Below are positions 10,830 through 22,517 of a stretch of DNA of 64,000 bases, piece after piece. The DNA comes from Minutocellus sp. GHC0000111. Lineage: Eukaryota. How positions within the stretch are numbered: the first letter of the stretch is position 1; each line of letters starts with the position of its first letter. Position numbers and translations under genes: made by a program. The notes below the pieces were generated by a model. It was not told the origin of the DNA and searched no databases. It saw only the letters and a list, made by a program, of their open reading frames with translations. The stretch spans positions 4,092,001 to 4,156,000 of the forward strand of contig OZ361256.1 of the NCBI GenBank assembly GCA_977018835.1, written 5' to 3'.

Positions 10830-13112
10830 TTAAACCAACCCAGCGGCCTTCAATTTCTTGTGTTCCGACACAGCTCTGGGAAAGAACCGAGCATTACCTG
10901 GCGGAGTTCCACTAAAAACATTTCCTGCAATGATCCCTTCCATCAAACCTCTAATCACTTCGTTGTCATTTGTCTCCGAACGGAACCTTTCAAAAGGCTG
11001 TGCACAATGAGTATCACCCTCGGAGAACCATTGAAGCAACAAACAGGCAATGTCAACATATAGTGAATGTTCGGGATGCTCCAGCATGTAAATAGCAAAT
11101 TGCACCGCCGCTTGCTCAGCAAGAAGAAGGACGTTACTTCGTAGCTTTTTGGAACGTCTATTGAAACCTTTTGGGCAAAATGTCGGAGGATAGCTTCTCA
11201 TAAATGTATCAAAGTCATCCATTCCCGTGCACTCGAATGCGTTCGAGCTGATTTCTCCTGACATCAGCAAGGCGTCTATCTCATCTTCCCATAAGTTTTG
11301 CAGTGGCGAGACACAATAGCTCTTATCTCTTTTCCTGCTGCCCCTCCATGGTGAAAGGAACCGAGCAGTCTTTTCTTTACCGAGACCATGAGCGAAGCGG
11401 AAGAGATGAAGGGCGAGCATAGACTGGCAAATGAAGTTGTCCTCATGTACGTCAGCGGCCTCGAATCGTCGTTTAGTAGCATTGAATTCAACTTTCTTCA
11501 AAAGCAACGGATCGAACGAAGCCTTTGACACCATGAAGATTCCGTCGCGATAAGATCCAAGGAAACAGTCAATGCTCTTTGCAGTTGTTTCACGAGATAT
11601 TTTATCTCCTTTCTCGAGAAGTGCGTTACTGATGACCGCGCGTCTGGCGACCTCTTGAGATGAGAGAAAGGCACATTTCGTTTCAGATTCAGAGGGACGA
11701 GCTACGCCTTCGTTGTTCACGTCCCCGATTTCTTCATTTTGACCAGGGCCCTGTTGGCTTGAATCCTCCGCTGGCTCATCACGGCGACAAAATCTCTTGT
11801 ACTCTGAGACATATTGAGATATGTCGTTGTCATGGATATCCTCTGTATCGTCATCTTCATACTCCACTCGATAATAAGGACGTTCGTTGGTCGGTAATCT
11901 GGTAATCTCACCCTCGAAGAAGCCATACCCGGGGAAATTCTTGCGAATCTTGTCACCAAGGCCATGTGCCCTATGATCACCTTCGTCTGGATCGGGGTAA
12001 GACTTTCGCTTCCCACTCCTACTGACAACATCTGCCCCGCCTTCTCCTTCAACGTCAACTCCCTCTTTGCCTGCCTCTGTATTATCGGAAGAACCGGACC
12101 CCGCAGCTGATGACGACGACGATGGAACGTCATTCCTCGCTGCCTCTTTTCTCTCCAAATAGCGCATGGCGAATTTGTTGACAACGAACTGTTCGTTCTC
12201 AGAATGGAACGGCGCATTACAACACGGGCAAGGTATCTTCTTTTTGTTGCCGCTCAACTCCGTCACCTTGGCGGTCCGATGCAACTCGGTGCATTGCATG
12301 CACAAGGTGTTGCCGCAGCAATTGGGCGTGAGGACTGGTCGTCGGTCGGTTGGACTTCCTGCAGATGAGCCAAGATTGTAGTGCTCGTTGCAGATGAAGC
12401 AAATATCGAGGCTGTCATCGCCCACGCCCCTTTGTAGTTCATTCCTTACCAGAGTGCGCGAGTGAATGGTTTGGTTTGATTCCTCCATGCTCCCTTCGCT
12501 TCCTCTTTCCAGAGCCGTCACAAGTGCAAAATTGGCATCGGCCGCCGGTTCGGCAGTAACAGCAGCAGCCGACAAAGACGAATTCGCCACAGCAGAAGAA
12601 GATTCGCGTTGGTCGTCTGACGCAAGAGCGGCAAAAAAGCTGCTGATGCCGGCGGTGCCGCCACCACCTATCGCCGGCAGCTCGCCGGACTCGCCTGGTC
12701 TCTCCGCCGCAGCGCATTCCTCCTCGTGCTGGCATGCCTCCTCGAACGATTCGAATGATGCCTCCTTGCAAACATCGCAAAGCCACTTCTTTTGGGTCGT
12801 GGTGCTTATTTTGGTGATATCGCTCATAACTTTGTTTGGAGACGAGGCGCACTTGGGAATGTTTATTCGAGGTGCTGGGAGCGGAGACTGTGGAGGAGTG
12901 AATATTCCGTGGTGGTGGCGCAACAACTTTGCGTCAAGTATTTCCTTTTCTGTGGAGAAGCAGTCTTGGCAAAGCTTTCGGGCGTCATTCAGGGAAGTCT
13001 TCGCTACACTTCTCTTTGGATTGCCGTGTCTTGAGAGGCAGCCATTTACACAGGGAGCTCTTGGCATTGAGGCCAGGGAACAGGGCCGAGCAAATATCAT
13101 TTCGATTGACAT
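10830..13112 (-). CDS. RING-finger plus Tudor-like domain protein with an N-terminal C2HC-type zinc motif
   Basis: CFIC...PNCCGNTLCMQC...CPCC (RING-like); GDKIRKNFPGYGFFEGEI...YYRVEYEDDDTEDI (Tudor-like); WLCDVCKEASFESFEEACQHEEEC. Confidence 0.7.
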   Translation of the reverse strand: MSIEMIFARPCSLASMPRAPCVNGCLSRHGNPKRSVAKTSLNDARKLCQDCFSTEKEILDAKLLRHHHGIFTPPQSPLPAPRINIPKCASSPNKVMSDITKISTTTQKKWLCDVCKEASFESFEEACQHEEECAAAERPGESGELPAIGGGGTAGISSFFAALASDDQRESSSAVANSSLSAAAVTAEPAADANFALVTALERGSEGSMEESNQTIHSRTLVRNELQRGVGDDSLDICFICNEHYNLGSSAGSPTDRRPVLTPNCCGNTLCMQCTELHRTAKVTELSGNKKKIPCPCCNAPFHSENEQFVVNKFAMRYLERKEAARNDVPSSSSSAAGSGSSDNTEAGKEGVDVEGEGGADVVSRSGKRKSYPDPDEGDHRAHGLGDKIRKNFPGYGFFEGEITRLPTNERPYYRVEYEDDDTEDIHDNDISQYVSEYKRFCRRDEPAEDSSQQGPGQNEEIGDVNNEGVARPSESETKCAFLSSQEVARRAVISNALLEKGDKISRETTAKSIDCFLGSYRDGIFMVSKASFDPLLLKKVEFNATKRRFEAADVHEDNFICQSMLALHLFRFAHGLGKEKTARFLSPWRGSRKRDKSYCVSPLQNLWEDEIDALLMSGEISSNAFECTGMDDFDTFMRSYPPTFCPKGFNRRSKKLRSNVLLLAEQAAVQFAIYMLEHPEHSLYVDIACLLLQWFSEGDTHCAQPFERFRSETNDNEVIRGLMEGIIAGNVFSGTPPGNARFFPRAVSEHKKLKAAGLV

Positions 13113-13494
13113 GGCTGCTGCTCGTGGCGTTCGCGTGAAATTTTGGTCATTTTTTGGTCTGTCCGCCCATCACACGGCGCAGGTCAGCGCTGCCTTGGCT
13201 GCTCTACCAATCGCCATGGTAGGCCTACATGAACTGCAACGGCCACAAAGAAGATACCGCACGCGAGCCGAAGCAAGAGCGTACTGCGGCGTCGTCGGTG
13301 TGTTGGATATCGTTTTTAAATTGACTGTTATTGAAGAGGCCAGTGTAGTCGCACTTGCATTTCGCTCCAAGTCAAACTTTTTACACAGCGATTAAAAACT
13401 ACGTAGCACATCAAGCCATCACCCCAGAAAGTGCCGACGAATTGCGAACCTGATCGAGGACCCATCAGTCAGCCCACGCACTTTACATCTCACC

Positions 13495-15152
13495 ATGCTC
13501 CGCCAGCTCAAGCGGACCGCCCTGCGGGCCACCGCCACCACCGTCGGTCTCGGCGTGGCCCTCGAAGTAACCACCCATCTCCCATCCGAAGGTCGATCGT
13601 CGCAATTTTACCACACTTTATCGGACAGCATCGTAATGCCTCTGGTGCGACTTTGTCTAAATCCCGAACAGGCGCACAATTTGGCCATCGAGGCGGTCAA
13701 GGCGGGATGGGCACCTACGTACCGATCGTCGGGACGGGCCGAGGACGGATGGAGGGTGCAGATGGACAGCAAGCCGTTTGGCGAGGGTGGCGACCAGAAG
13801 GGAGGATTGGTATTTCCCAACCCCGTTGGCTTGGCTGCCGGATTTGACAAGGATGGTGTGGCCGTCAAGGGTTTGCTCGAGTTGGGATTTGGGTGAGTCA
13901 TACATATGTTGGCGTTGTGGCCGGAGACGCACTGTTATTGGTCACATTGTTGGATCTCTTGACTCTAAATGTGCTGGCTTTGTAATTGCGGCGCTTGACT
14001 AATGCTTTGTACGTTACCTGCCCATGCTTGAACATTTGCTACCAATTGTGCAGGTTCGTGGAAGTGGGTTCCGTAACTCCTCTTCCCCAACCAGGCAATC
14101 CCAAGCCACGAATGTTTCGTCTGACCGAAGACCGGGCCGTCATCAATCGATATGGGTTCAATTCGACCGGTTTGGATGCCGTGGAGTCCAACTTGAGGGA
14201 TTTTGTCATCCAAAGAGAAGCTCAGATGGATGCATCGGCGGTTGGAGTGGCCAGCTCATCCCAAAGCTTTAGTGAAGTGTGGAAGCGGCTTACTGCCGAG
14301 GTTGCTGAAGATTACGAAAATAAGGGATTGCGAGTTGCCAAGGTTTTGGCGTCGTATCTGGTGTCGCTTGTGCCATTGCCCAACTTGCGTCAGCCCAAAT
14401 CCGCCACAACACCGGGCCTACTTGGAGTGAATCTTGGCAAGAACAAAACTAGCACAGATGAGGTAGCTGACTATACCCGTGGTATCCGACAGCTGGGCCC
14501 GTACGCAGACTATCTGGTGGTGAACATATCGAGTCCCAATACTCCTGGCCTCCGTGGGTTGCAGCGTCGGGAACCTCTTCAAAAATTGCTCGATGCGACG
14601 GTCGCCGAACGGAATGCACTCCCACCAAGCAAGTCAACCATTCCTCTCTTGGTGAAGATTGCGCCCGATGTGACCGATCAGGAGTTGGACGACATTGCCG
14701 CTGTCGTACAAGAGTCTGGGGTCGATGGAGTCATTGTTTCCAACACGAGCACATCGCGTCCAGAATCTCTGATTTCGTCCCATCGGAAGGAAACCGGTGG
14801 CCTGTCGGGCGCTCCTATTCGTCAAATGTCGACGGATTGTATTCGCAAGTTATACGCTTTGACGGATGGAAAAATTCTCATCGTCGGCGTGGGTGGGGTA
14901 GGCAGCGGCCACGACGCTTACGAAAAGCTCAAGGCCGGTGCCAGTCTGGTGGAGATATACTCAATGATGGTATACGAGGGTCCAGGGGTCGTGAGTAGAA
15001 TACGGAGCGAGTTGGCCGATCTCATGGTGCAGAACGGACACCGGCGGGTGGAGGATGTGGTTGGTTTGGACCATGAGGATATTTACTGGCGCAAGAGGGA
15101 GGAAAGAATGAAGGCTGCAAGGTCTGCCGAGACTGTTATTGTCGAAGAGTAG
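13495..15152 (+). CDS. DHODH: Dihydroorotate dehydrogenase (quinone), class 2, mitochondrial; intron 13893-14053
   Basis: PEQAH; NPVGLAAGFDK; GFG|FVEVGSVTPLPQPGNPKPRMFRL; INRYGFNS; VNISSPNTPGLR; LVKIAPD; GGLSG. Confidence 0.97.
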
Positions 15153-15261
15153 AGAAATTAGTATTTTTTAGTTCGGTGCTTTTGAGAAAAGAACGTTTAT
15201 TTCTCTGTGTTATTCGAAGTCACAGAAAAGCTGGGTTAGTAGTGGCGGCCCGCACTTCTTG

Positions 15262-17294
15262 TCATCGAGCAAAGTTGGGCTTACGGATACTAACTCCGGT
15301 GCACTTCTCAGTAAAGGTTGCCTCCTTTCCATACTCGATGTAATCTTCCTCCTCTTCAATAATGTACTGCCCTGTCAAGTCAAGTTCCACTCCCTCTTGA
15401 CTTCCATACGATTCCTCCGTCGTTTCTGAACCAGCCGCCGCCAAGAATCGGCTGTACGGGTTGTTCTTTCGTCGATTGTCCATAAAGCTTGCCGGTCGAT
15501 GCATCCGCGCCACATTGGGATCCAGAACGCCACCGCATGCCCAAATGACGGCGGCGTTGAAACCCTCCCAATTCTCAATCATGAGGAGATGGCCGGAATT
15601 CCGCACGGCCCGAACCGACACATTGGGCACGTCGAGGTTGCCCTCGGCACGCTGCTGACGACAGTACCGCTCGACGTCCATCCCGGCGGTGGGGTCCATC
15701 CAATCCTTTTCACCATACAAAAATACCACCTCGGACACCTTGAGATGGGGGACCCGGTCACATAACGGATAAACGGCATAGGCCCCGGGCAGGAGGAGCC
15801 GGTTCAAACATTCCTCTCCGCTTGGCGGCAACACGGCATTGTTGTACAGATACTCAATGAGGGCGGTGCGTTCCTGAGGACATTTAACGCCCGGTAGACG
15901 CTTGTCGACGTAGCTCTCCACCGCCATCACCCCCTGCGTTTGGCCGACGGTCCGGATGACGGCACCGGGAGTCCAGCCGCTGTCGAAGAAGGATCTGGCC
16001 ATCCGTTTGGCCACCTTGGCCACGATGGGCACGTTGGACTCGGTGGGGGACTGTGGCAGCTCGCTTTTGGGATTTTTTTGGGCGAGGAAGTCGTCGACTT
16101 GGGCTCTCCCGGCACCCCCACCGGACTTAGCAGCAACAGTTTGGCCACCCGCTCGGGATATCGCTCGGTATATGCCACCGACACATACCCGCCGAGGGAA
16201 TGTCCGCCCAGTACCATCGATTCGACACCATTGGCCTTTCGCCACGCCTCGAGAGATTCCACAAAAAAGTCCTCGGCCTCCCTGACCGATTGCTTCTTGT
16301 GCTCGTCACTCTCTTCGGTGTCATGATCGTAGGTGGGAAAGGACGGCCGGGACGACAGTCCCCATCCCATCATGTCGACGGCGTAGATGGTGGCAAAGTG
16401 CTTCGATAATCCGTGAAGGTTTCTGTAGAAGTACAGCGCACCGTTGGCATAACCGTGGAGCAGGACCAGCGGTGGTTGTGCGCTTTGGCTTTCTTGGTCT
16501 TCTATTAATGATGATGTTTCTGGTGATGGATTCTCTTGGTTTTGTTGCTGTTCCTGTTGGTTTTCATGCTGTTGTTGCCGATGATGGTGCGGCGAAGTGA
16601 TCCGTATGGCGTGCATGTGCAACGTCTCGTCGTCCGGCTTGGTATGGACCGACTTGTTGGTTCGTGCCGTCGAGGCCGAGGAGGTGAGGCTGTTGGCGGC
16701 AGTGCTCGGAGGACGTACTGCATTGGTCTCCTCGTCATTTTGCGATTCCGCCGCCGCCAGGCTGTTCCGGCTGGCACTTTCCACGAGGCTGTTGTCCATC
16801 GCCGAGTCTCTGCCATCTTCACCTTTATCGTCGCCACCCTCCAGCCGCATTCCATCCTCCACATCATCGACACCATCCAAACAGCCGACGCTGGGCGCGA
16901 CGCAGCTGGTGATGAGGCTGGACCCCATCCGCTTCAGGCTCCGAACTCGGCCGAGGCCCTCCTCTTCCGCATTGACTTTTGGTGGTGTGGATCCCTTCGG
17001 CAGGACGGATCGGGGGATCGTCGTATCGAACTGCTCCAGGAGGGCATGGGCTCCGGTATCTCTTGCCTGCTGCTCGTGCTGTCCACGTTTTGGCGATTGC
17101 TGCTCCGCACCCGACTGATCGTCGCAGGGCACGGGCGAGGCTGCACCGGGTACGTAGCGGTAGCTGCATTCCAACAACCGAGCCTCGGCACGCCGCACCC
17201 CCCGCTCGTATCGGCACTCGCACTCCGGATGATCCCGATCGAACGGGTCGGACGGCTGGCTGAACAGCGCATTGAAGGCCGCGAAGGACGACAT
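15262..17294 (-). CDS. Alpha/beta hydrolase, ABHD4/ABHD5 (CGI-58)-like; frameshift near the T7 run at 16073-16079
   Basis: LVLLHGY..G..YFYRNL; AVDMMGWGLSSRP; GHSLGGY nucleophile elbow; LLSPVGVP; FLYGEKDWMD; SGHLLMIEN. Confidence 0.88.
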
Positions 17295-17737
17295 AATGCC
17301 GTTTCAGGTATGTTCGCCGAGACGAGATCGAGAGGAAAATGCTTTTTCGCTGCTCGTTCGATGAGCAAGCAAGGGTCGGGCGATGGATTCCGACCGGCAC
17401 GGCCACCCCCTTCCACCGCGGTATCGCTTAGCACAACAACCAGTCACACGCAATACACAAGAGGCAATGCAACTTGTTACGTAGTTATTTATCGGCAAAA
17501 CCGGCACAAGATTGAAAGATGCGGCTCGAAATTCAAATGCAGAAATTGATTGGCTGAGGCTTTCACTACTAGTACTTGGTTCCGGCTCCTCACGACACGG
17601 CGCCTGATCGTCGTAAGAAGCCCTTGACAACACCTCGAAGGCAATGCAATCAATCAATCAGTACCGACTGGCCTAGCCTTGTTGAATGCTTGGCGAATTG
17701 ATGGGTCCCAGTTCCAACGATACAAAAAGAAACCGTC

Positions 17738-18964
17738 ATGACGGCGCACTCTCATGATTTCCGGGTGTCCTCCAAAGATATGAAGGTTCTCTACGGCGTC
17801 AACTCGGGGATAGATACCCCAACCTCCTCATTGCTTGCTTTTTCGCCACAGAACAAGACAGCTGCCGGCCGAGAGCGAGCGAGAATCCTTTTGCCATCAT
17901 CACATCAAATCATGCCGCCGGGCGCAACTTTCCCGTGCAGCAGCAGGAAATGGCAAGATAAAATGGACGCAATTACCGCCGACACTGCTTTCTCATCCCG
18001 CGAAGAGGAGGACGGCGAGGCCGCCAACCCGACCGATATTCTCACCCTCAACGTGGCGGGAGAAGGCAAGATAGCCGTCCTGCGCCGAACTTTGTGCCTT
18101 GTCGAGAATTCCATGCTGGCCACCCAATTCTCCGGCCGGTGGGACGGGGGTCTGCCCCGTGACAAAGACGGGCATGTCTTTATTGATCTGCCCTGCGAAC
18201 TATTCAAGGCCCTGGTGGACTTTCTCCGGATCAAATCCATGGCGGCCCTGTCCGACCCGTTGCTTTGCATCACGGCGTGCGACTGTGCCGATGCCAAGCT
18301 GGTGCAAAAGCGAGACTTTCAGCGGATGGTCGATTACTACGGCCTGACGCTGTGTCTGTATCCCATCATCCTGGAGAAGAAGGAACAGCTCAGCGTCGAC
18401 CTCAAGGATAATGCTACCGTGCTGCAGTGGCCGGACATGATTGTTGAAAAAGAAAAGAGCTGGTACCCGCCCGCACGATTTCACATTCTGCCCCACAAGC
18501 ACAAGCGTATCATCAAAAGCATTGAGATGGTCGTCCAAAAAGCTACGGGTGGTCTCAACATAGAAATCTATCGTCACGGAACCAGCGGATCCGATGGCGA
18601 CGAGGATCAGCATCACCGGGGATGGACCAGCATCGAGTTCAACGAGGCGACCAAAATCTTTCGATTCTACGGTTCCAGGAAAGAGGCCCATTGTGCCGTC
18701 GAGCCCTTCGGTGAGGAGGTGCTCACGGCGTTGTATGCTAATCGCAAGACCGATGCTGGTCTCAAGGCAGGCACGAGGTTTGAGTTGAATTTCGATCGGC
18801 AGGGATCGTCGTCTGTCCTTCGGGACATTTCGGTGTGTGGCAAGGTTGTGCTTTCCCCCCAGCATTTGAAGGAGCATTTTGATACGCCGTGGCCGTGCCG
18901 GTGCAACATATCGATCGGACGGTGCGGCAAGATTCAGATCACCGAGGTTACGTACCATGTTTGA
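17738..18964 (+). CDS. BTB/POZ (KCTD-type T1) domain protein; true start may be ATG 17912 or 17963
   Basis: LTLNVAGE...RRTL...SMLATQFSGRWD...RDKDGHVFID...FKALVDFLR...DYYGL. Confidence 0.85.
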   Translation: MTAHSHDFRVSSKDMKVLYGVNSGIDTPTSSLLAFSPQNKTAAGRERARILLPSSHQIMPPGATFPCSSRKWQDKMDAITADTAFSSREEEDGEAANPTDILTLNVAGEGKIAVLRRTLCLVENSMLATQFSGRWDGGLPRDKDGHVFIDLPCELFKALVDFLRIKSMAALSDPLLCITACDCADAKLVQKRDFQRMVDYYGLTLCLYPIILEKKEQLSVDLKDNATVLQWPDMIVEKEKSWYPPARFHILPHKHKRIIKSIEMVVQKATGGLNIEIYRHGTSGSDGDEDQHHRGWTSIEFNEATKIFRFYGSRKEAHCAVEPFGEEVLTALYANRKTDAGLKAGTRFELNFDRQGSSSVLRDISVCGKVVLSPQHLKEHFDTPWPCRCNISIGRCGKIQITEVTYHV

Positions 18965-19129
18965 TGGAGGACAATTTGGATGTAAGATTGGAGCTATCCA
19001 TCTATTTGAGTGGCATGGGATATCGTCCTCCGCTCATTGTTATGTATGGTATTTTGTGAAGTATATATGTATTTGAAATGTTACATAGTAGATAAATTGA
19101 ACGGAAGAAAGTTATACAGACCTCGAAGC

Positions 19130-20245
19130 TTATCCAACCACTGTGTGTTCTGCGAATTCACCATCTTTGCTGTGGTCATAATCCGGCGAATCTGGATCAG
19201 GTGTCAGTGTAATAAGACCCAGGTCGAGGAGAACATAGAACGCACGCTCACCGATTGAAGCATAGTCCCTGCTTGATGGTTTGCTTGCCAAAGCTTCTTC
19301 AAGGCGTTTGCCCTCCGATTTAGCACCTGACTCTTTCTTCTTTTTGCTTTGTTTGACCTTTTTCTTAGTGGCCTTTGGCTTTTCGACCTTTGCGGAGACT
19401 GCCGTCTCTTTCTCGGCGCTAGTATTGATATCCTTCACACCATCTTCACCAGTCCCGACTCCTTTCAAAGGAACTACATCATAGGCATACTCCCGTCCAG
19501 TGCCTCTCCTTGTGTCCTTTCCAGTCTTGAATTCAACGGACTGGCCAACCTTGAGTTCTCTGTACCCCCTCATCTTGATGTTGCTGTGATGGACGTATAC
19601 ATCCGGCGATCCATCTTCCAGCGCAATGAAACCAAATCCTCGTCCTGGATTGAAGGAAACCACCTCGCCAATCTTGATCTTGACCCGCTCCAGTTTGGCA
19701 TCGGCCTTTTGATAGGCTTCGTTACATGCTTTCAGGATCTGCCCGTCACTGTATGCCTTTTGATATTCGACAATCACAGGCACATTTACAAGCTGCGAAT
19801 CGCCACGACTGCAGATGGCTTCGATGTACACCGACTTGGACGATATTCCCTGCACGGCAACGCTTTCGATGCTTTTGAGATCAATGTCACTGTTTGCCGC
19901 CGCCAAGATGGCCAGCGGGCCTCGCATATCTTTTGCATTGAGGTGCTTGAGAAGGGCATCCTGAGAGCGCTGGGAGAGGTCGGATTCAAATGTGTCGCTG
20001 CTGCCCAGGGCGTCGACTGCGGATTCTAAATCTTCGTCGTCGTCCTTCATCACTGTCCCATCGGGCATGTAGACCAAGGCACACAGGGAGGAAGAGGCGG
20101 AAACACAATTGGGCCAATTCCGTCTGATGCTGAATAGAGACGGGGTCACACGCCGGTCAGTCACAAATGCAGCAGAGCTGCATAATAAGCTAAAGAGGCA
20201 TAAAACGGTGATTTTAGCCAATACCGATGTCCGTATCCTGGTCAT
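19130..20245 (-). CDS. Cold-shock domain protein, probably plastid-targeted
   Basis: GEVVSFNPGRGFGFI...DVYVHHSNI...GYRELKVGQSVEF (RNP1/RNP2 of the CSD); signal peptide ending CSSAAF (ASAF-like). Confidence 0.85.
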   Translation of the reverse strand: MTRIRTSVLAKITVLCLFSLLCSSAAFVTDRRVTPSLFSIRRNWPNCVSASSSLCALVYMPDGTVMKDDDEDLESAVDALGSSDTFESDLSQRSQDALLKHLNAKDMRGPLAILAAANSDIDLKSIESVAVQGISSKSVYIEAICSRGDSQLVNVPVIVEYQKAYSDGQILKACNEAYQKADAKLERVKIKIGEVVSFNPGRGFGFIALEDGSPDVYVHHSNIKMRGYRELKVGQSVEFKTGKDTRRGTGREYAYDVVPLKGVGTGEDGVKDINTSAEKETAVSAKVEKPKATKKKVKQSKKKKESGAKSEGKRLEEALASKPSSRDYASIGERAFYVLLDLGLITLTPDPDSPDYDHSKDGEFAEHTVVG

Positions 20246-20402
20246 GGTGGGAATCAAATCAGCGAAAGAACTCAAAGGTGTCAAAGTAGCGAAAAGTGGC
20301 GTGGGGACTTGAAGAGATGGATCTGGCGCATGCAAGGCGGCGACGGCCAGACACGGTTGCAAACCAAGAACCCTGAGGCCCTCAGCTACGCGTTCCAATA
20401 AC

Positions 20403-21641
20403 TTGCTTGCAAATAACGCAGCTCGTAATGGAGCTTATTGGTATCTTGAAAGCGTTCCTTCTGCTTCAGGCAACAAATTTATTGCCGCTGAAAGCCGTCC
20501 ATCATGGGACGTCATCGTCTCATCGGGGAGCTCGGTCGTTCGTCCTCCGACGGCCTTCGTCCGTAGCATGCCCGCTCATCGCGAACGTGTGAGTGACACC
20601 AAATACAAAATGCTCGTGGGGGAAGTGCGCGCTTTATCTCGAGGGGCTCCTATATACCGATCGGTTGCTCTCTTTGCCAAACCGAAACCAACTGAGGAGG
20701 AGATGGAGAAACGAAGGGAGCAGCTACGAGAATTGCTGTGTGCTACGGAATCAGAGATCGAAAAACTTGTGCGTCAGAACCCAAAGGTTTTGCATCGACG
20801 TGACATAATGCAATCTTATGGTCCAAAACTAGCCCTGCTACAGGAACAGTTTGGGATCAGTCAAAAGGAAGCAGGGAAAGTTTATCTCCACAACAACAGA
20901 ATGTTAGGCATGTCGCTTGCGTCAATAACTGAAACACTGGAAGAAATGACAAATTGGATTCAAGCATATTTGCACTTGACTGATGAGGAATTGAGCATAC
21001 TTGTCAGGAAGTTTCCAAAATTCCTTGTTTTGAATCCCGAGGAAAATCTTGAAAAGTTTCGGTATCTTCGTAAAACTCTCGCGTTAAACGACGATTCTCT
21101 GAGAGACCTGCTTCTCAGGATGCCCGGACATTTTACCTACAGCGAGAAGACAATCGAAAAGAAACTGGCATTTTACAGCAAGCTTTTGGGAGAGAGCGAA
21201 GCCAAGAGATTGGTTGCGGAGAGCCCGTACTTTATGGTCAACTATGGTCTAGAGAAGCGATTAAAACCTAGATTGGAGGAAGTTCTAAAGTCCGGTCAAA
21301 AGGTGCAGTGGGATAAAACGTTGGTAAGTCGACTTGCCACTCGAACTAACGAACAATGGGAAGAGTATGGGCTGGGAGATGCAAGCGAGAAGACAATCGA
21401 CAAGAGGGTGGCATTCTACAGTAGGCTTTTGGGTGAGAGAGAAGCCAAGAGATTGATTATGCAAAGCCCATACTTTGTTATCAACTATAGTCTAGAGTGG
21501 CGATTAAAACCTAGGTTGGAGGAAGTTCAAAAGTCCGGCCAAAAGGTCGAATGGGATAAAAAGTTGGTGATTCGACTGGCCACTCGTACTGATGAACAAT
21601 GGGAAGAGTATGGGCTGGGAAATAAAAAATTGGACAGGTAA
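20403..21641 (+). CDS. mTERF family protein; start uncertain (a signal-like frame from ATG 20428 is out of frame)
   Basis: Repeated mTERF-like helices (LVRQNPKVL, LVRKFPKFL, YGLEKRLKPR). Confidence 0.8.
   Translation: MLANNAARNGAYWYLESVPSASGNKFIAAESRPSWDVIVSSGSSVVRPPTAFVRSMPAHRERVSDTKYKMLVGEVRALSRGAPIYRSVALFAKPKPTEEEMEKRREQLRELLCATESEIEKLVRQNPKVLHRRDIMQSYGPKLALLQEQFGISQKEAGKVYLHNNRMLGMSLASITETLEEMTNWIQAYLHLTDEELSILVRKFPKFLVLNPEENLEKFRYLRKTLALNDDSLRDLLLRMPGHFTYSEKTIEKKLAFYSKLLGESEAKRLVAESPYFMVNYGLEKRLKPRLEEVLKSGQKVQWDKTLVSRLATRTNEQWEEYGLGDASEKTIDKRVAFYSRLLGEREAKRLIMQSPYFVINYSLEWRLKPRLEEVQKSGQKVEWDKKLVIRLATRTDEQWEEYGLGNKKLDR
21141..21620 (+). repeat. 243-nt direct duplication of the mTERF C-terminal module
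   Basis: AGCGAGAAGACAATCGA starts at both 21141 and 21384; SEKTI...RLATRT.EQWEEYGLG occurs twice. Confidence 0.95.
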
Positions 21642-21725
21642 ACGAATATTTTATTATATCTGAACTTGCCATTGATTTACATTTATTAAAATATATGCAC
21701 AAATGTAAGCTCAAAGAATTGGCTT

Positions 21726-22165
21726 TCAAACAGATTCCAAGGATGGTAGTGACTCGTCGTCATCAAAAGGTGCTTGGGGGTTCCCGGTGAGTTGGAGCAA
21801 CTCGTTCTCGGTGGGTGTCAAGGATGGGTCGTTTACAAAAAACGCATGGGAAATGTTGCGACCGTCCACGATGAATGTTCCGAGAGGTCCTACATGTGTC
21901 ACCCTCCTGGCCAAAGGTTCATGGGAGTTGCGACGGTACATTGTCAGCCCTAACGCCGGGTTATCGTAGTAAGCAGTGGTTTCTTGAGCTATATCGCTTT
22001 CTTGGCCAGCACATGTACTAGTACTTGCAGCATCTGCTTCATCGCTGTTACTTTTGCTCCGTCGACGGTTCCACCATGCCCGCGAGGCTCCGAGAGAATC
22101 GCAGAAACCGCAGAGTAGCCAATGGACGTTGGGCGGAAGTGGCGGAAGTGGCGGAAAAGCATAGT
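21726..22165 (-). CDS. Possible small hypothetical gene or gene remnant
   Basis: Two short adjacent ORFs of protein-like composition; no recognisable motif. Confidence 0.25.
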
Positions 22166-22517
22166 GGTCATTTGGATGAATGGATGGTCAACAGAGAATG
22201 AAGGAGGGAGAGACGCGGAATACGAGACTGGTGCATCGAAAAGTAGAGCCTCTTGAGCTGGCTCTTATCTTCGCAGTTTGGTTCGCACCGGACGACGGCC
22301 GGACTTGCAACTGCACTTCGCACTTCGCACACGGATCGAGGACAGACCAAACATTTTCAGGCCAAGAGAATTTTGGGCACGATCATACTCCATCCCAAAG
22401 CCAGAGAACCGACGGCTTCCACAAAGCGTCCGAGCATTACGATATCCGCTGCGCATCTACTCAGTTATAAGCACATTTATCTTGTGCCGTTCTCTTGTTT
22501 TATAATATTCCATCACC

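Noticed and set aside
12466..13395. Long antisense ORFs (also 16536-17549, 22917-23870, 47091-48068)
   Set aside because: They overlap better-supported genes or transposase remnants on the opposite strand and show no domain signal.
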